From the NCBI GenBank assembly GCA_029211085.1, contig JARGFW010000001.1:35485-99484 (forward strand): 64,000 nt of DNA, in the 5' to 3' direction. Source of the stretch: Deferrisomatales bacterium. Lineage in GTDB: Bacteria > Desulfobacterota > Deferrisomatia > Deferrisomatales > JARGFW01. The notes below the pieces were generated by a model. The model saw only the letters and a list, made by a program, of their open reading frames with translations. It was not told the DNA's origin and did not search any database. Shown here piece by piece: positions 1-10,229 of this stretch. Positions within the stretch are counted from its first letter, which is position 1, and each line of letters begins with the position of its first letter. The position numbers were made by a program, and so were the translations under genes.

Positions 1-1
1 C

Positions 2-334
2 CGTGCCCTGGCCGAAGCTGAATCGGCAGGCAAGATCAAGGTTCTGGTGGACCTCAAGGGGAAGGTGCTCGGCGCCCAGATCGCCGGCGCTCACGCCGGG
101 GAACTGATCCACGAGTGGATCGCCGCGTTCAACGGCGGGGTGAAGCTCTCCACCCTGGCGGGGGCGATCCACATCTATCCCACCCTGGCCGAGATCTCCA
201 AGCGGGCGGCGGGTTCCTACTTCTCGGAGAAGCTGTTCGGCGACCGCACCAAGAGCGTGCTGCGGCTGCTGTTCCACCTCAAGGGGCGCGCCTGCCAACC
301 GGACGGTGAGGGTGCACCCGGCGAGCCAATTTAA
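2..334 (+). CDS. Pyridine nucleotide-disulfide oxidoreductase (LpdA/MerA-like), C-terminal dimerisation domain; 5' truncated by window edge
   Basis: Frame open from base 2 (RALAEAESAGKIKVLVD...); LGAQIAGAHAGELIHE and IHIYPTLAE dimerisation-domain motifs; no C-terminal CC pair. Confidence 0.85.
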   Translation, partial: RALAEAESAGKIKVLVDLKGKVLGAQIAGAHAGELIHEWIAAFNGGVKLSTLAGAIHIYPTLAEISKRAAGSYFSEKLFGDRTKSVLRLLFHLKGRACQPDGEGAPGEPI

Positions 335-347
335 ATCCGTTCAAGAC

Positions 348-375
348 TCATCCCGCAGGCATTTGGAGCCGATGT
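348..375 (+). promoter_or_regulatory. Possible sigma-28 (FliA) promoter of the MCP gene
   Basis: TCAT-N16-GCCGATGT upstream of a chemotaxis gene; -10 resembles GCCGATAA. Confidence 0.4.
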
Positions 376-434
376 AGGTGGTTGTCCCCTGCAACGGGAG
401 ACACGACCCAGACATCGACATCCGGAGGCCCACC

Positions 435-1958
435 ATGACCATCTCAGCCCGCATGAGCCTGTTCCTCGCCGTGATCTTTCTCGGGGTGGCGGGCGGGTCG
501 GGGTTGTCCGTGTACCGCACCCTGGACCTGCTGCATGACACTCGGGTGATCAACCAGACCGGCGTCCTGCAGGGGGCGACCCAACGGCTGGTCAAACTGG
601 AGCTGCAGGGCCAACCCCAGGGCGAGCTGCGCGGAACCCTCGATGCCCTGCTGACCGGCCTGCTCGAGGGGAGCACCGCCCTCGATTTGCCGGCGGCTCG
701 GGACCCTGAGTTCCGGGAGAAACTGGAGGCGGTGGGCGTGGCCTGGACCGAGCTGAAGCGTGGCGTCGAGCAGGCGCGCGGCGATCCGTCCCTGCGCCCG
801 GGGGTGCTCGCGGCCAGCGAAGCGTACTTCCGGAAGACCAACGCCGCCGTCGTCGCCGCCGAAGCCCTCGCCCGGAGCAAGGTAACGCAGTCGACCCTGA
901 TCATCACGGGCGGCACGCTGCTTGTGCTGATCATTCTCGCGGCGGTGTGGTACACCCTGAACTCCCGGGTGGCCCGACCCATCGCTACGATCTCCCGCCG
1001 CCTGGCGGAAGTGGCCCAGGGGGATCTGACGGTGAACGTACCCGGCGGCGGCCAGGACGAGATCGGCGAGCTCGTGCGGGCGGCGAACTCGACCATCGAG
1101 AGCGTACGTCAAATGGTGACCGAGGCCAGCACCGCGAGCCTGGAGATGGCCTCGGTGGCCGAGGAGATGTCCGCATCGACCATCCACATCGCGAAGAGCA
1201 ACGATCACGTTTCCGCCCGGGTAGGGGATGTCGCCACCGCGGCGGAGCAGATGAACGCCACCGTCGCCGACACGGCTCGCAATACCGCCGAGGTCGACCG
1301 AGCGGCGGTCCGAGCGCGGACCGTGGCCACCGAGGGCGCCACCGTCATCGCCCAGACCGTGCAGGCGGTGCAGGAGATTGCCCAGGTGGTGGAACAGGCG
1401 GCGGTGACCGTGCGCTCCCTCGGCGACGAGTCGGAGAAGATCGGGGTGGTGATCCAGGTGATCGAGGACATCGCCGACCAGACCAACCTGCTGGCACTCA
1501 ACGCTGCCATTGAAGCGGCGCGGGCCGGGGAACACGGACGGGGGTTTGCGGTGGTGGCCGACGAGGTGCGCAAGCTCGCCGAGAAGACCGTCACGGCGAC
1601 CAAGGAGATCTCCAAGACCATAGCGGCAATCCAGGGAGAGAGCGGCCGTGTCGCGGCAGCCATCGACGACGGCATGCAGTCGGTCAGCCGCGGCCGAGAA
1701 CTGGGGGCCAGGGCCGGGGTGGCGATCCGTGACATCGAGACGGAGGTCGGGCGAGCCACCGAGCAGACCCGTCAGATCGCTACCGCCACCGAGCAGCTGG
1801 CGGCCACGACCCGCGATGTCAGCTCCAATTTGGAGGAAATCGCCCAAGCCGTGCAGGCCAACTCCTCCGCAACCTCAGAACTGGCACACACGGCCGAATC
1901 GGTGGCCCTGCGGGCCGAGGAGTTGAAGGCACTGACCCGGCGGTTCCGGATCGACTGA
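435..1958 (+). CDS. Methyl-accepting chemotaxis protein
   Basis: GGAGG then ATG at 435; two TM segments, HAMP, signalling hairpin [38 protein letters not shown]. Confidence 0.95.
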   Translation: MTISARMSLFLAVIFLGVAGGSGLSVYRTLDLLHDTRVINQTGVLQGATQRLVKLELQGQPQGELRGTLDALLTGLLEGSTALDLPAARDPEFREKLEAVGVAWTELKRGVEQARGDPSLRPGVLAASEAYFRKTNAAVVAAEALARSKVTQSTLIITGGTLLVLIILAAVWYTLNSRVARPIATISRRLAEVAQGDLTVNVPGGGQDEIGELVRAANSTIESVRQMVTEASTASLEMASVAEEMSASTIHIAKSNDHVSARVGDVATAAEQMNATVADTARNTAEVDRAAVRARTVATEGATVIAQTVQAVQEIAQVVEQAAVTVRSLGDESEKIGVVIQVIEDIADQTNLLALNAAIEAARAGEHGRGFAVVADEVRKLAEKTVTATKEISKTIAAIQGESGRVAAAIDDGMQSVSRGRELGARAGVAIRDIETEVGRATEQTRQIATATEQLAATTRDVSSNLEEIAQAVQANSSATSELAHTAESVALRAEELKALTRRFRID

Positions 1959-2114
1959 TCTCTCGGGCCGCCCCGACGGCAACCGTTGGCGCCCCGTTGG
2001 GGGTTTCCCCGCGGCCGGCGCCTGCAGGCGGTTTCCCGTGCGCGGATTCCTCCGGTACCATAGGCGTATGGCCCAGCGCAGACCGAATCCAGGGCGACTC
2101 AAGACAAGACCTTG

Positions 2115-2834
2115 ATGTCCGACTCCACAGCCAACGCCAGCGACCGCATCCTCATCCCGAACCGGCGCCTGCTGGTGCCCTACGCCGCGCCGTACTTCGC
2201 CTACGTAGCTCTAGGCTCGCTGCTGGGCGACCACCTCGCCGTGGAGTGGGTCTACGGCTTGCGTCTGGCATTGGTGCCCGCCCTCCTGTGGTGGGGCCGG
2301 CGCTGGTACCCTCCCGTCACCGGACCGCGCAACCCCTGGGGTTCGGCCGCGGTGGGGGCCGCGACGGGCCTGGTGGCCATCGGCGCGTGGATCACCCTGC
2401 TGACCCCGTTTGCCTCAAACGACGTCGCGGCCTGGGACCCCACGACGTTCATCCTGCGTCTGCTGGCTGCGGGGTTCGTGGTGCCGGTGTTCGAGGAGTT
2501 GTTCGCGCGGGGCTACGTGCTGCGGCTCGCCTACCAGTGGGACGCCCTACGCCGCGAGGGGGAGCACCAGGCCCTGGCCGCGGCCCTGGATGAACACACG
2601 GTTTCCGACGTCGCTCCGGGCGCCTGGAGCGGCTGGGCGGTGGCGATCTCCACCCTGGTGTTCGCTGCCGGACACAACCCTTCGGAGTGGCCTGCGGCGG
2701 TGGTCTACGGGCTGTTCATGGCGTGGCTGTGGATCACGCGCCGGGATCTGCTCTCCTGCATCGTGGCTCACGCGGTGTCCAATCTGGCCCTGGGGGGATA
2801 CGTGCTCGCCACCGGCGCGTGGGGCTTGTGGTAG
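2115..2834 (+). CDS. CPBP (CAAX prenyl protease-related) intramembrane metalloprotease
   Basis: Hydrophobic protein with EELFARG, FAAGH and HAVSN motifs. Confidence 0.85.
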   Translation: MSDSTANASDRILIPNRRLLVPYAAPYFAYVALGSLLGDHLAVEWVYGLRLALVPALLWWGRRWYPPVTGPRNPWGSAAVGAATGLVAIGAWITLLTPFASNDVAAWDPTTFILRLLAAGFVVPVFEELFARGYVLRLAYQWDALRREGEHQALAAALDEHTVSDVAPGAWSGWAVAISTLVFAAGHNPSEWPAAVVYGLFMAWLWITRRDLLSCIVAHAVSNLALGGYVLATGAWGLW

Positions 2835-2885
2835 GGGGCCTTCGTCGCCCGTCCCCCATCCACCTCTGCGGAAAGGCGGTATCCC

Positions 2886-3701
2886 ATGCTGCGCCGGGTT
2901 CTTCTCCTTTGCATCACCCTCTCCCTGGCCGTCCCCGCCCTGGGGGCCCCCAAGCCCGACCTCTGGCCTCGCTGGCAGGCCCACAACCCGGCTAACACGG
3001 CGCGGGTGGACCACGCCAACTGGCAGGGGTTCCTCACCACCTACCTGAACGCCGACCACCCCTCGGGAATCTACCGGGTGCGCTACGCCCAGGTCAGCGA
3101 TGTGGATCGCCGGGCCCTCGGCGAGTACCTGGGCGCCCTGCAGGCCACCCCCGTCTCCACCCTGAACCGGTCGGAGCAGAAGGCCTACTGGATCAACCTG
3201 TACAACGCCGCCACGGTGTGGGAGATCCTCGAACACTACCCGGTGCAGAGCATCCGGGAGATCAGGTCAGGATGGTTCAGCGCCGGTCCCTGGGACAGGA
3301 AGCTCGTCACCGTGGAGGGGGAGAAAATGAGCCTCAACGACATCGAACACCGGGTTCTGCGTCCGATCTTCGCCGACAACCGGGTGCATTACGCCGTCAA
3401 CTGCGCCAGTCTCGGCTGCCCCAACCTCCAGCCCGCGCCGTTCACGGCGGCCAACACCGAGGCCCTGTTGGAGCGCGCCGCCCGGGCCTACGTCAACCAC
3501 CCCCGGGGTGCCCGGCTCGAGGGCGGCTCGCTCCACCTGTCGAGCATCTACGACTGGTTCCAGGTGGACTTTGGCGAATCCAGAACTGGAGTACTCGACC
3601 ATCTGCGTCGATACGCAGAAGGAGCCCTGGCCGCACGCCTGACCCACGCCCTCGGGGTGCCGGCGTTCGAGTACGGCTATGACTGGGCCCTCAACGAGTA
3701 G
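2886..3701 (+). CDS. Exported DUF547 domain protein
   Basis: Signal peptide; AYWINLYNA, SLNDIEH, RVHYAVNCASLGCP, YDWALN motifs. Confidence 0.9.
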   Translation: MLRRVLLLCITLSLAVPALGAPKPDLWPRWQAHNPANTARVDHANWQGFLTTYLNADHPSGIYRVRYAQVSDVDRRALGEYLGALQATPVSTLNRSEQKAYWINLYNAATVWEILEHYPVQSIREIRSGWFSAGPWDRKLVTVEGEKMSLNDIEHRVLRPIFADNRVHYAVNCASLGCPNLQPAPFTAANTEALLERAARAYVNHPRGARLEGGSLHLSSIYDWFQVDFGESRTGVLDHLRRYAEGALAARLTHALGVPAFEYGYDWALNE

Positions 3702-3875
3702 TTCGTGCCGGGTGCGCCGCCCCGCCATCGCCCTCGGCTGCGGTGCAGGGGCCCCCTCCGGCACCCCGCTCGCAGGAAAAAGAGGGGGCGTGAAGGCTCG
3801 TGGTCTGCGTGTTACCATGACACAAATGGTCAGCAATCGGGTCGACGAGAAACACCTCCGGCAGAAGGGTGAAAC

Positions 3876-4205
3876 ATGAAGCGGACAGGGTTGCTCCTGG
3901 CCACCGTGCTGGTGGCGAGCGCGGCGGCATTTGCCGGTCAGAGCCTTACCCCCACCAATTACGGCGAGATGGAACCCGTCGTGTTCAACCACACGGCACA
4001 CGCCGGGAGGGGGGATTGCGCCACCTGCCACCACACCAAGACCCAGGAGCACCGCTGCGGGTATTGCCACAAAGCGGAGGCGACCGAAGGCGTTCCGTCC
4101 CTGGAGGACGCGGCCCACCGGGAGGGCGCCGGCAAGTGCTGGGCCTGTCACCTCAAGGAGAAAGCGAAACAGGCCCTGGACTGCGAGGACTGCCACAGCG
4201 GCTGA
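3876..4205 (+). CDS. Small periplasmic tetraheme cytochrome c (class III, c3-like)
   Basis: Signal peptide; VVFNHTAH; four CxxCH (CATCH, CGYCH, CWACH, CEDCH). Confidence 0.9.
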   Translation: MKRTGLLLATVLVASAAAFAGQSLTPTNYGEMEPVVFNHTAHAGRGDCATCHHTKTQEHRCGYCHKAEATEGVPSLEDAAHREGAGKCWACHLKEKAKQALDCEDCHSG

Positions 4206-4621
4206 CGCAGAACCACCCCTCCAAGGCACCCCGCGCGAAGCGGGATCGACCCGCGACCCTCCCGTCCAGAGCAGCAGGCCCGCTCCACACCGACCGGTGC
4301 CCGTCCGGCAAGACGTGGGGAAGCAGCGGTCCATCCCCCCGGTGGCGGTGCCCCTCCACCGGCTGCGCGCCGCGGCACCGGCGACGCTGCGGGTGGGCGG
4401 CGAAACCCGGACCCTCACCCTGGGTCCAAGCTACCGGCACCCTCTCCGCCCGGGTTGAACACGGCCCGACCCTAGTCCCGGTAGTCACCTGCTGGGTGGC
4501 GTGGCAAGCCTTGTACCCGGGCACGCAACGGGCGAGCCCGCGCCTTGATCCCAGGCTCCGGTTGTGGCGCCCCGGCGTCCGGGCTAGGATGGGGCCTACC
4601 GTCCACCTGCAGGCAGGTCCC

Positions 4622-5473
4622 ATGACCCGTTCGCCTCCCAACCGTCGCCCCTCCCCGCTGAACCACCTGGACCTGGGGCGGGACACCGGCTATCCGGACC
4701 GCTATGATCCGGCACTGTTGCAGGGCGTTCCCCGCAGCCTCAACCGGGATGACCTCGGGCTCACCGGGGCGCTGCCGTTCCACGGCGCCGATGCCTGGAC
4801 GGCGTTCGAGCTCTCCTGGCTCGACCCGCGCGGCAAGCCACAAGTGGCGATCGGGCAGTTCGTGTTTCCCTGCACCAGCCCACAGCTGGTGGAGTCCAAG
4901 TCCCTGAAGTTGTACCTGAACGGCTTCAACCAGGTGCGCCTGCGCTCCGCTGGTGCAGTGCAGGAGCGCATCACGGAGGACCTGACCGCGTGTGCCGGGG
5001 CAGGGGTAACGGTGGAACTGCTGCTGCCGAACGAGTGGCATCGGGAGGGCATCGCGAGCCTGCCCGGGGAGTGCATCGATGATCTGCCCGTCGCGATCGA
5101 TGTGTATGGCCTGAATCCGGAGCTCCTCGACGGGGCGGCCTCCGGGCCGGTGGTCACCGAGACCCTGCACAGCAACCTGCTCAAGTCCAACTGCCTAGTC
5201 ACCAACCAGCCGGACTGGGGCAGTGTGCTGATCCGCTACCGCGGCTCGCGGATAAGCCGGGAGGCGTTGCTGCGCTACCTGATCTCCTACCGCCAGCACA
5301 GCGAGTTCCACGAGCAGTGCGTGGAGCGCGTGTTCTGTGACATCATGCACCACTGCCGGCCCACGCAGCTCACCGTGTACGCCCGCTACACCCGCCGAGG
5401 CGGTCTCGACATCAACCCATTCCGCAGCAACTTCGAGACCCCGCCTGGAAATGCACGGCTGGCGCGGCAGTAG
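4622..5473 (+). CDS. queF: NADPH-dependent 7-cyano-7-deazaguanine reductase (long two-domain form)
   Basis: [10 protein letters not shown] motif, catalytic [32 protein letters not shown]; ATG at 4622. Confidence 0.95.
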   Translation: MTRSPPNRRPSPLNHLDLGRDTGYPDRYDPALLQGVPRSLNRDDLGLTGALPFHGADAWTAFELSWLDPRGKPQVAIGQFVFPCTSPQLVESKSLKLYLNGFNQVRLRSAGAVQERITEDLTACAGAGVTVELLLPNEWHREGIASLPGECIDDLPVAIDVYGLNPELLDGAASGPVVTETLHSNLLKSNCLVTNQPDWGSVLIRYRGSRISREALLRYLISYRQHSEFHEQCVERVFCDIMHHCRPTQLTVYARYTRRGGLDINPFRSNFETPPGNARLARQ

Positions 5474-5634
5474 CGGGGGGTGGTGACGGGGTCGGGAAAG
5501 AGCATGGGCAATAGATGTGGAATTGGCCACTGGCTCTCGGTCGATTGCCCGGGACCGTTCCGCGTTGCTAGAATCCCGCGAACCATTCTCCACGCGCGGC
5601 GGGCACCGGGTACGGTCCGGAGCTTGCCCCTGGC

Positions 5635-6846
5635 TTGACCCCTCATCGTGTCTTTTCGAGGCCCCTCTTGACGGAACTCCTCCTCACCCTGTCGTGGCGC
5701 GACGTCGCCGACATCCTCCTCGCCAGCACCCTGTTCTGGGGCGCCATCCTATGGTTGCGGCGCACCCGCGCCCTGCCGGCGTTCCTCGGCCTGGCCATCC
5801 TGGGAGCAGTATACCTGGGGGCGTGGCAGCTCGGCCTGCAGCTTACCGCACGGATCTTCCAGGGATTTTCGGCCGTCCTGTTGGTGCTGGTGGTGGTGGT
5901 GTTCCAGGAGGATCTGCGCCGACTGCTGGAGCGCATCGGCTCCTGGGGAATGCGCCGCCGGGCGCCGCCCCGGGGAACCAGCGCGGCCGCCGCCCTGGTG
6001 CGGGTGGTCACCCGCCTGACCCAGACCCGCACGGGGGCGCTGGTGGTGCTGCCCGGGCGCGAGCCCCTGGAGCGACACCTGGAGGGCGGGCTGCCCCTCG
6101 GTGGGCAGCTCACCGAGCCACTGCTGTTGAGCCTGTTCGACGCCTCCTCGCCAGGGCACGACGGGGCGGTGGTGGTGATGGGAGACCGGGTGACCCGGTT
6201 CGCGCTGCGCCTGCCTCTTTCCACCGATCAGGACCAGCTGCAGGATGTGGGGACCCGGCACGCCGCCGCCCTGGGGCTGTCGGAACGCAGCGATGCCCTG
6301 GTGATCGTGGTCTCCGAGGAGCGCGGGGAGGTCTCGGTGGCGCGGGCAGGGGTTCTCACCCGCCTGGCCGGCGCGCAGGATCTGCCCGCAGTGCTCGCCG
6401 CGTTCCAGGACGAGGTGACCCCCGCACCGGGGCAACGGCGCTCGCCCTGGCAGGTGCTGAACCACCAGTGGCGGCCGGCGCTCCTCGCGGTGGGGCTCTC
6501 CCTGCTGCTCTGGGGCCTGCAGGGGCCAGGGTCAACGGTCGTGGAGGCCGAACGGGAAGCCGCGGTGATGGTGTCCAACCTGCCGGCGGAGTTCAACTTG
6601 GAGTCGATCACCCCCGAACGGGTGACCGTGGTCCTGCGCGGCTCCCAGCGGCGGGTGCTGCTGGCGCCCGCCGAACTGCTCCCGGTGCGGGTGGACGCCG
6701 TCCTGGCCCAGCTCGGCCGGCGCACCTTCCAGCTCGACCCCAACGAGGTGGAGGCCCCCCGGGGTACGGAGGTGGTGGCCGTGCGGCCCTCCACGGTCAA
6801 ACTCTCCCTGCAACCCACCTCGAAAGGGGCACCGCGGACCCCCTGA
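5635..6846 (+). CDS. cdaA: Membrane diadenylate cyclase (CdaA-type) with C-terminal TM helix and YbbR-like domain
   Basis: Three N-terminal TM helices, VVFQEDLRR, HDGAV and GTRHAAA catalytic motifs, VVSEERG; C-terminal beta-rich YbbR-like segment. Confidence 0.85.
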   Translation: MTPHRVFSRPLLTELLLTLSWRDVADILLASTLFWGAILWLRRTRALPAFLGLAILGAVYLGAWQLGLQLTARIFQGFSAVLLVLVVVVFQEDLRRLLERIGSWGMRRRAPPRGTSAAAALVRVVTRLTQTRTGALVVLPGREPLERHLEGGLPLGGQLTEPLLLSLFDASSPGHDGAVVVMGDRVTRFALRLPLSTDQDQLQDVGTRHAAALGLSERSDALVIVVSEERGEVSVARAGVLTRLAGAQDLPAVLAAFQDEVTPAPGQRRSPWQVLNHQWRPALLAVGLSLLLWGLQGPGSTVVEAEREAAVMVSNLPAEFNLESITPERVTVVLRGSQRRVLLAPAELLPVRVDAVLAQLGRRTFQLDPNEVEAPRGTEVVAVRPSTVKLSLQPTSKGAPRTP

Positions 6847-6859
6847 GGTCCGCCGTGAT

Positions 6860-7090
6860 CTACACGAGCAACTTTGCGAGCTCCGCCGGCTTCGGCACCT
6901 TGCCCGCTATCTTGATCGCTCCGTCCACGGCCAGTGCCGGAGTGACCATGACGCCCCGCTTCATCAACTCGGCCAGGTCGGTTACGTGGGTTACCTCGGC
7001 CTGGATGCCGGCCTGGGACACCGCCTCCTTCGCCGCCTCGTAGAGCTTGTTGCACTTGGCGCAGCCGGTTCCGAGCACTTCGATCTTCAT
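6860..7090 (-). CDS. Small redox-active disulfide protein (thioredoxin-like)
   Basis: MKIEVLGTGCAKC...GVMVTPALAVDG. Confidence 0.9.
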   Translation of the reverse strand: MKIEVLGTGCAKCNKLYEAAKEAVSQAGIQAEVTHVTDLAELMKRGVMVTPALAVDGAIKIAGKVPKPAELAKLLV

Positions 7091-7114
7091 CTCGAGCCTC
7101 CTCGTTCCGTCATT

Positions 7115-7819
7115 CTAGGTTGCGCTCCACAGCACGAACAGTCCGACCCCGGCGATGAGCGCGCCCGCCAGCGTCTTGAAGGCTCTGTTCACCCTCTCCA
7201 GCCCCCTCGACTGCACCAGATCCTTCGCCACCCCCACGCTGGTGCCGGCGAGAGCGATGAGCAGGCAGTGGCCCACGGCGTAGGTCCACAACAGCGCCAG
7301 GCCGTACACCATGTTGCCCTTGGCCGCGATGAAGGTGAGGACCACCACCAGGATGGGGGCGGCGCACGGCGCGGAGATCAGGCCAAACAGCAAGCCCAGG
7401 GTGAACGCGCCGATCAACCCGGCGTGTTTTGGCCGGTAGCGGGCCAGGCTTTCGGGCACCGAAAAGGTCCACAGATCCCACAGGTGGGCGGCCATGGCCA
7501 GGCACACCGCGGCGATCACCCACGGCCAGAGCTCCCCCACATCGCCAAACAGGCGCCCCAGGGTGATGGCGATAACCCCCATGGCGGTGAAGCTCACCGC
7601 CAGCCCGAACACGAACACCAGGGAGAAGCCCAGGCTGCGCCTCCAACCCGACACCCCCGCGTAGCCGCCGACAAAACCGATGACCAGGGGGATCATGGCC
7701 AACACACAGGGGCTCGCCGCGGTGAGAGCCCCACCCACGAACACCGCGGCAAACGCCAGCCAGGGGTTGGTCTGGATGTAGACTTGGGCATTACCGAGGA
7801 ATGCATCGAGACCGGGCAT
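7115..7819 (-). CDS. ccdA: CcdA / DsbD transmembrane electron transporter
   Basis: Polytopic membrane protein with ASPCVL and SAPCAAP Cys motifs. Confidence 0.85.
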   Translation of the reverse strand: MPGLDAFLGNAQVYIQTNPWLAFAAVFVGGALTAASPCVLAMIPLVIGFVGGYAGVSGWRRSLGFSLVFVFGLAVSFTAMGVIAITLGRLFGDVGELWPWVIAAVCLAMAAHLWDLWTFSVPESLARYRPKHAGLIGAFTLGLLFGLISAPCAAPILVVVLTFIAAKGNMVYGLALLWTYAVGHCLLIALAGTSVGVAKDLVQSRGLERVNRAFKTLAGALIAGVGLFVLWSAT

Positions 7820-7820
7820 G

Positions 7821-9011
7821 TCAGCCTCCGGCGACGGTTAGATGGGGGAACAGGGCGCCGAAGATCATCCCGGCAGCCGTCGACAGCAGCACCACGTAGA
7901 CAACGAACGCGGCGGTCTTCCGGGTGCCCAGCACGCTGCGGATCACCAGCATGTTGGGCAGCGACAACGCCGGTCCCGCGAGGAGGAGGGCCAGGGCCGG
8001 TCCGCTGCCCATGCCGCTGCCCACCAGGCCCTGGAGGATCGGCACTTCGGTGAGGGTCGCGAAATACATCAGCGCCCCGGCCACGGAGGCGAACAGGTTT
8101 GCCCCCAGCGAGTTGCCCCCCACCCACTCGGCCACCCAGGTGCTGGGGACCAGCCCCGCGTCGCGGCCCGGCATGCCCAGCAGGAAGCCGGCGACCAGCA
8201 CCCCGGCGAACAGCAGGGGCAGGATCTGCTTGGCAAACCCCCAGGTGGACTCCATCCACTCGCCCACCTCGTCGCGGGAGAACCACGCCCACACCATGCC
8301 CAGGGTGCCCAGCAGACCGGCGCCGGCCAGCCACCACTTGACCTCGAACACCGCGCTGGCCCAACCCACCGGCTCCCGGGGCTTGCCCCAGGCGCCGAAC
8401 ACCAGCACAGCGACCATGGCCAGCAGGTACACGGCGTTCTTCCACAGGGGTCGGGCCGGCGCATCCTCGGGAACGGCGGCGAACTGGGCCTGGCGCTCGG
8501 CTTCCGAGGTGCGGAAGGTGAACGCCATGGCGAGGCCTAGGGCGTAGGCGAACACCACCGCTCCCACGGCCCGAGCAATGCCCAACTCGGGGCCCAGTAC
8601 CTTGGCGGTGAGCACGATGGCCAACACGTTGATCGCGGGTCCGGAGTAGAGGAACGCCGTGGCCGGGCCGATGCCCGCCCCCCGGGCATAGATGCCGGCG
8701 AACAGGGGCAGCACGGTACAGGAACACACCGCCAGCACGGTGCCCGACACCGCTGCCACGGTGTAGGCCACCAGCCGTTTGGCCTCGGCCCCGAGGTACT
8801 TGAGCACCGCACCCTGGCTGACGAACACTGCAATCGCCCCGGCGATGAAGAACGCGGGGACCAGACAGGTGAGCACGTGGGCCCGGGCGTAGTCCTGGAG
8901 CATGAAGAACGCTTCGAGGATCGCCGACTGCACCCGGGGGTGGTCCACCGGCAGGTAGTAGGCGGCCAGGAACACTCCGACGATCAGCAGTAGAACTCTG
9001 CGCTCGCTCAT
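7821..9011 (-). CDS. ArsP/DUF318-family permease
   Basis: VCSCTVLPLF, FLYSGPAIN, YFATLTEVP, LLAGPALSLP motifs; ars context. Confidence 0.85.
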   Translation of the reverse strand: MSERRVLLLIVGVFLAAYYLPVDHPRVQSAILEAFFMLQDYARAHVLTCLVPAFFIAGAIAVFVSQGAVLKYLGAEAKRLVAYTVAAVSGTVLAVCSCTVLPLFAGIYARGAGIGPATAFLYSGPAINVLAIVLTAKVLGPELGIARAVGAVVFAYALGLAMAFTFRTSEAERQAQFAAVPEDAPARPLWKNAVYLLAMVAVLVFGAWGKPREPVGWASAVFEVKWWLAGAGLLGTLGMVWAWFSRDEVGEWMESTWGFAKQILPLLFAGVLVAGFLLGMPGRDAGLVPSTWVAEWVGGNSLGANLFASVAGALMYFATLTEVPILQGLVGSGMGSGPALALLLAGPALSLPNMLVIRSVLGTRKTAAFVVYVVLLSTAAGMIFGALFPHLTVAGG

Positions 9012-9015
9012 CGGT

Positions 9016-9411
9016 TCAGCCCCCCGCCGCTGCGCCCAGGAGGCCGGCCTTGCGCAACTGGGCTTCCAACTGGGCCGGGTCCAGGTACCCGACGTGGCGG
9101 AACATCTCGCTGCCGGCTCGGTCGAAGAACAGCACCGTGGGGACCAGCAGCACCCCGTACTGACCGGCCATCTCCTCTTCCCTGCCGATGTGCACGAAGC
9201 GGAACGTCATCTCGCCTCGGACCGTGGGCTCCAGGGCGTCGAATGCCTGGCCTTGCCGGATGCACTGCAGGCAGCGCTCCAGGCCGAAGCGCACGATCAG
9301 GGGTTTGCCCGATTCCCGGGCGGCATCCTCCAGGGGGCCCGCGTGGGCGAGCGCAGCCAAGGCCAGACCGGCGGCGAGAGTCAGTGCGAAGATGCGCAGC
9401 GCGTGGTGCAT
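9016..9411 (-). CDS. Exported thioredoxin-family protein
   Basis: Signal peptide from ATG 9411; CLQC; cis-Pro motif VPTVLFFD; FRHVGY. Confidence 0.8.
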   Translation of the reverse strand: MHHALRIFALTLAAGLALAALAHAGPLEDAARESGKPLIVRFGLERCLQCIRQGQAFDALEPTVRGEMTFRFVHIGREEEMAGQYGVLLVPTVLFFDRAGSEMFRHVGYLDPAQLEAQLRKAGLLGAAAGG

Positions 9412-9431
9412 GGGCCCTCTCCCGGCGGCGC

Positions 9432-10226
9432 TCATGCGCCGCGCACGACGGAAACGATCATCCAGGCAGAGATCGCGATCATCAGTACCCCGAACGCCCG
9501 CTTCAGGGAGCGCTTGTCCACCGCCAGGGAGACCCGGGGACCGAGTTGCGCGCCGACGAAGCCCGCGGCGGCCAGGGGGAGCGTCAGCCCCGGGTCGAAG
9601 TGGCCCGCCAGGCCGTGTCCCAGAAACCCGGTGAGCGCCGTGAGGCCGATCATCGCGGAACTGGAACCCACCGCCACCTTCAAGGGGATGCGGCATACGA
9701 ATACCATGAGCGGCACCTTCAAGATGCCGCCGCCGATGCCGAGCATTCCGGCAAAGAAACCGGCCACCGCCATCAGGGGCTCGGCCACCAGCCAGTTGAC
9801 CGTGTATGACTCACCATTCAGGCTGCGGGTCCAGTAGGCCCGGCCGCGCCGGGGTGGCCCTTTTTGTTCGACCAACGGGCGCAGCATGAAGAACGCGGCG
9901 ACCACGACGACGCACGCGAAGACGAGCTTGCCCGCTTGCGCCGGCACGTACTGGGAGAGGTACCCGCCCAGCAAGGCGCCCAGGTTGGTGGCCGGTTCCA
10001 CCAGCAGCACCAGTTTCCAGTCCACGAACCCGGCACGATGGAAGATCAGCAAGGACGAGAGGGAGACGGCCATGATCACCGCCTGACTCGTTGCGGCGGC
10101 CTGGTGGAAAGGAACACTGGCCGCCAGCAGGAGCGGCACGTAGAACGCCCCGCCCCCCTGGCCCAGCGCCGAAAAGGCGACGGCGACCCCGAAAAAGATC
10201 GCCACCAGAACCAGGGTCGTGGTCAC
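9432..10226 (-). CDS. TauE/SafE-family sulfite/thiosulfate exporter
   Basis: Two GxGGG repeats (LGQGGGAF, LGIGGGIL), hydrophobic. Confidence 0.9.
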   Translation of the reverse strand: MTTTLVLVAIFFGVAVAFSALGQGGGAFYVPLLLAASVPFHQAAATSQAVIMAVSLSSLLIFHRAGFVDWKLVLLVEPATNLGALLGGYLSQYVPAQAGKLVFACVVVVAAFFMLRPLVEQKGPPRRGRAYWTRSLNGESYTVNWLVAEPLMAVAGFFAGMLGIGGGILKVPLMVFVCRIPLKVAVGSSSAMIGLTALTGFLGHGLAGHFDPGLTLPLAAAGFVGAQLGPRVSLAVDKRSLKRAFGVLMIAISAWMIVSVVRGA

Positions 10227-10229
10227 CGG

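Noticed and set aside
2-334. Mercuric reductase MerA
   Set aside because: Lacks the C-terminal vicinal Cys pair, and no mer genes are nearby
4206-4621. preQ1 riboswitch upstream of queF
   Set aside because: No small stem-loop with the A-rich 3' tail is visible
3869-4621. Long N-terminal extensions given by the ORF track for queF (also the kinase at 17096, ABC genes at 19905/20510/21535, ispE at 55051)
   Set aside because: Extensions overlap other genes, are Arg/Pro/Gly-rich, and better RBS-linked or coupled starts lie downstream
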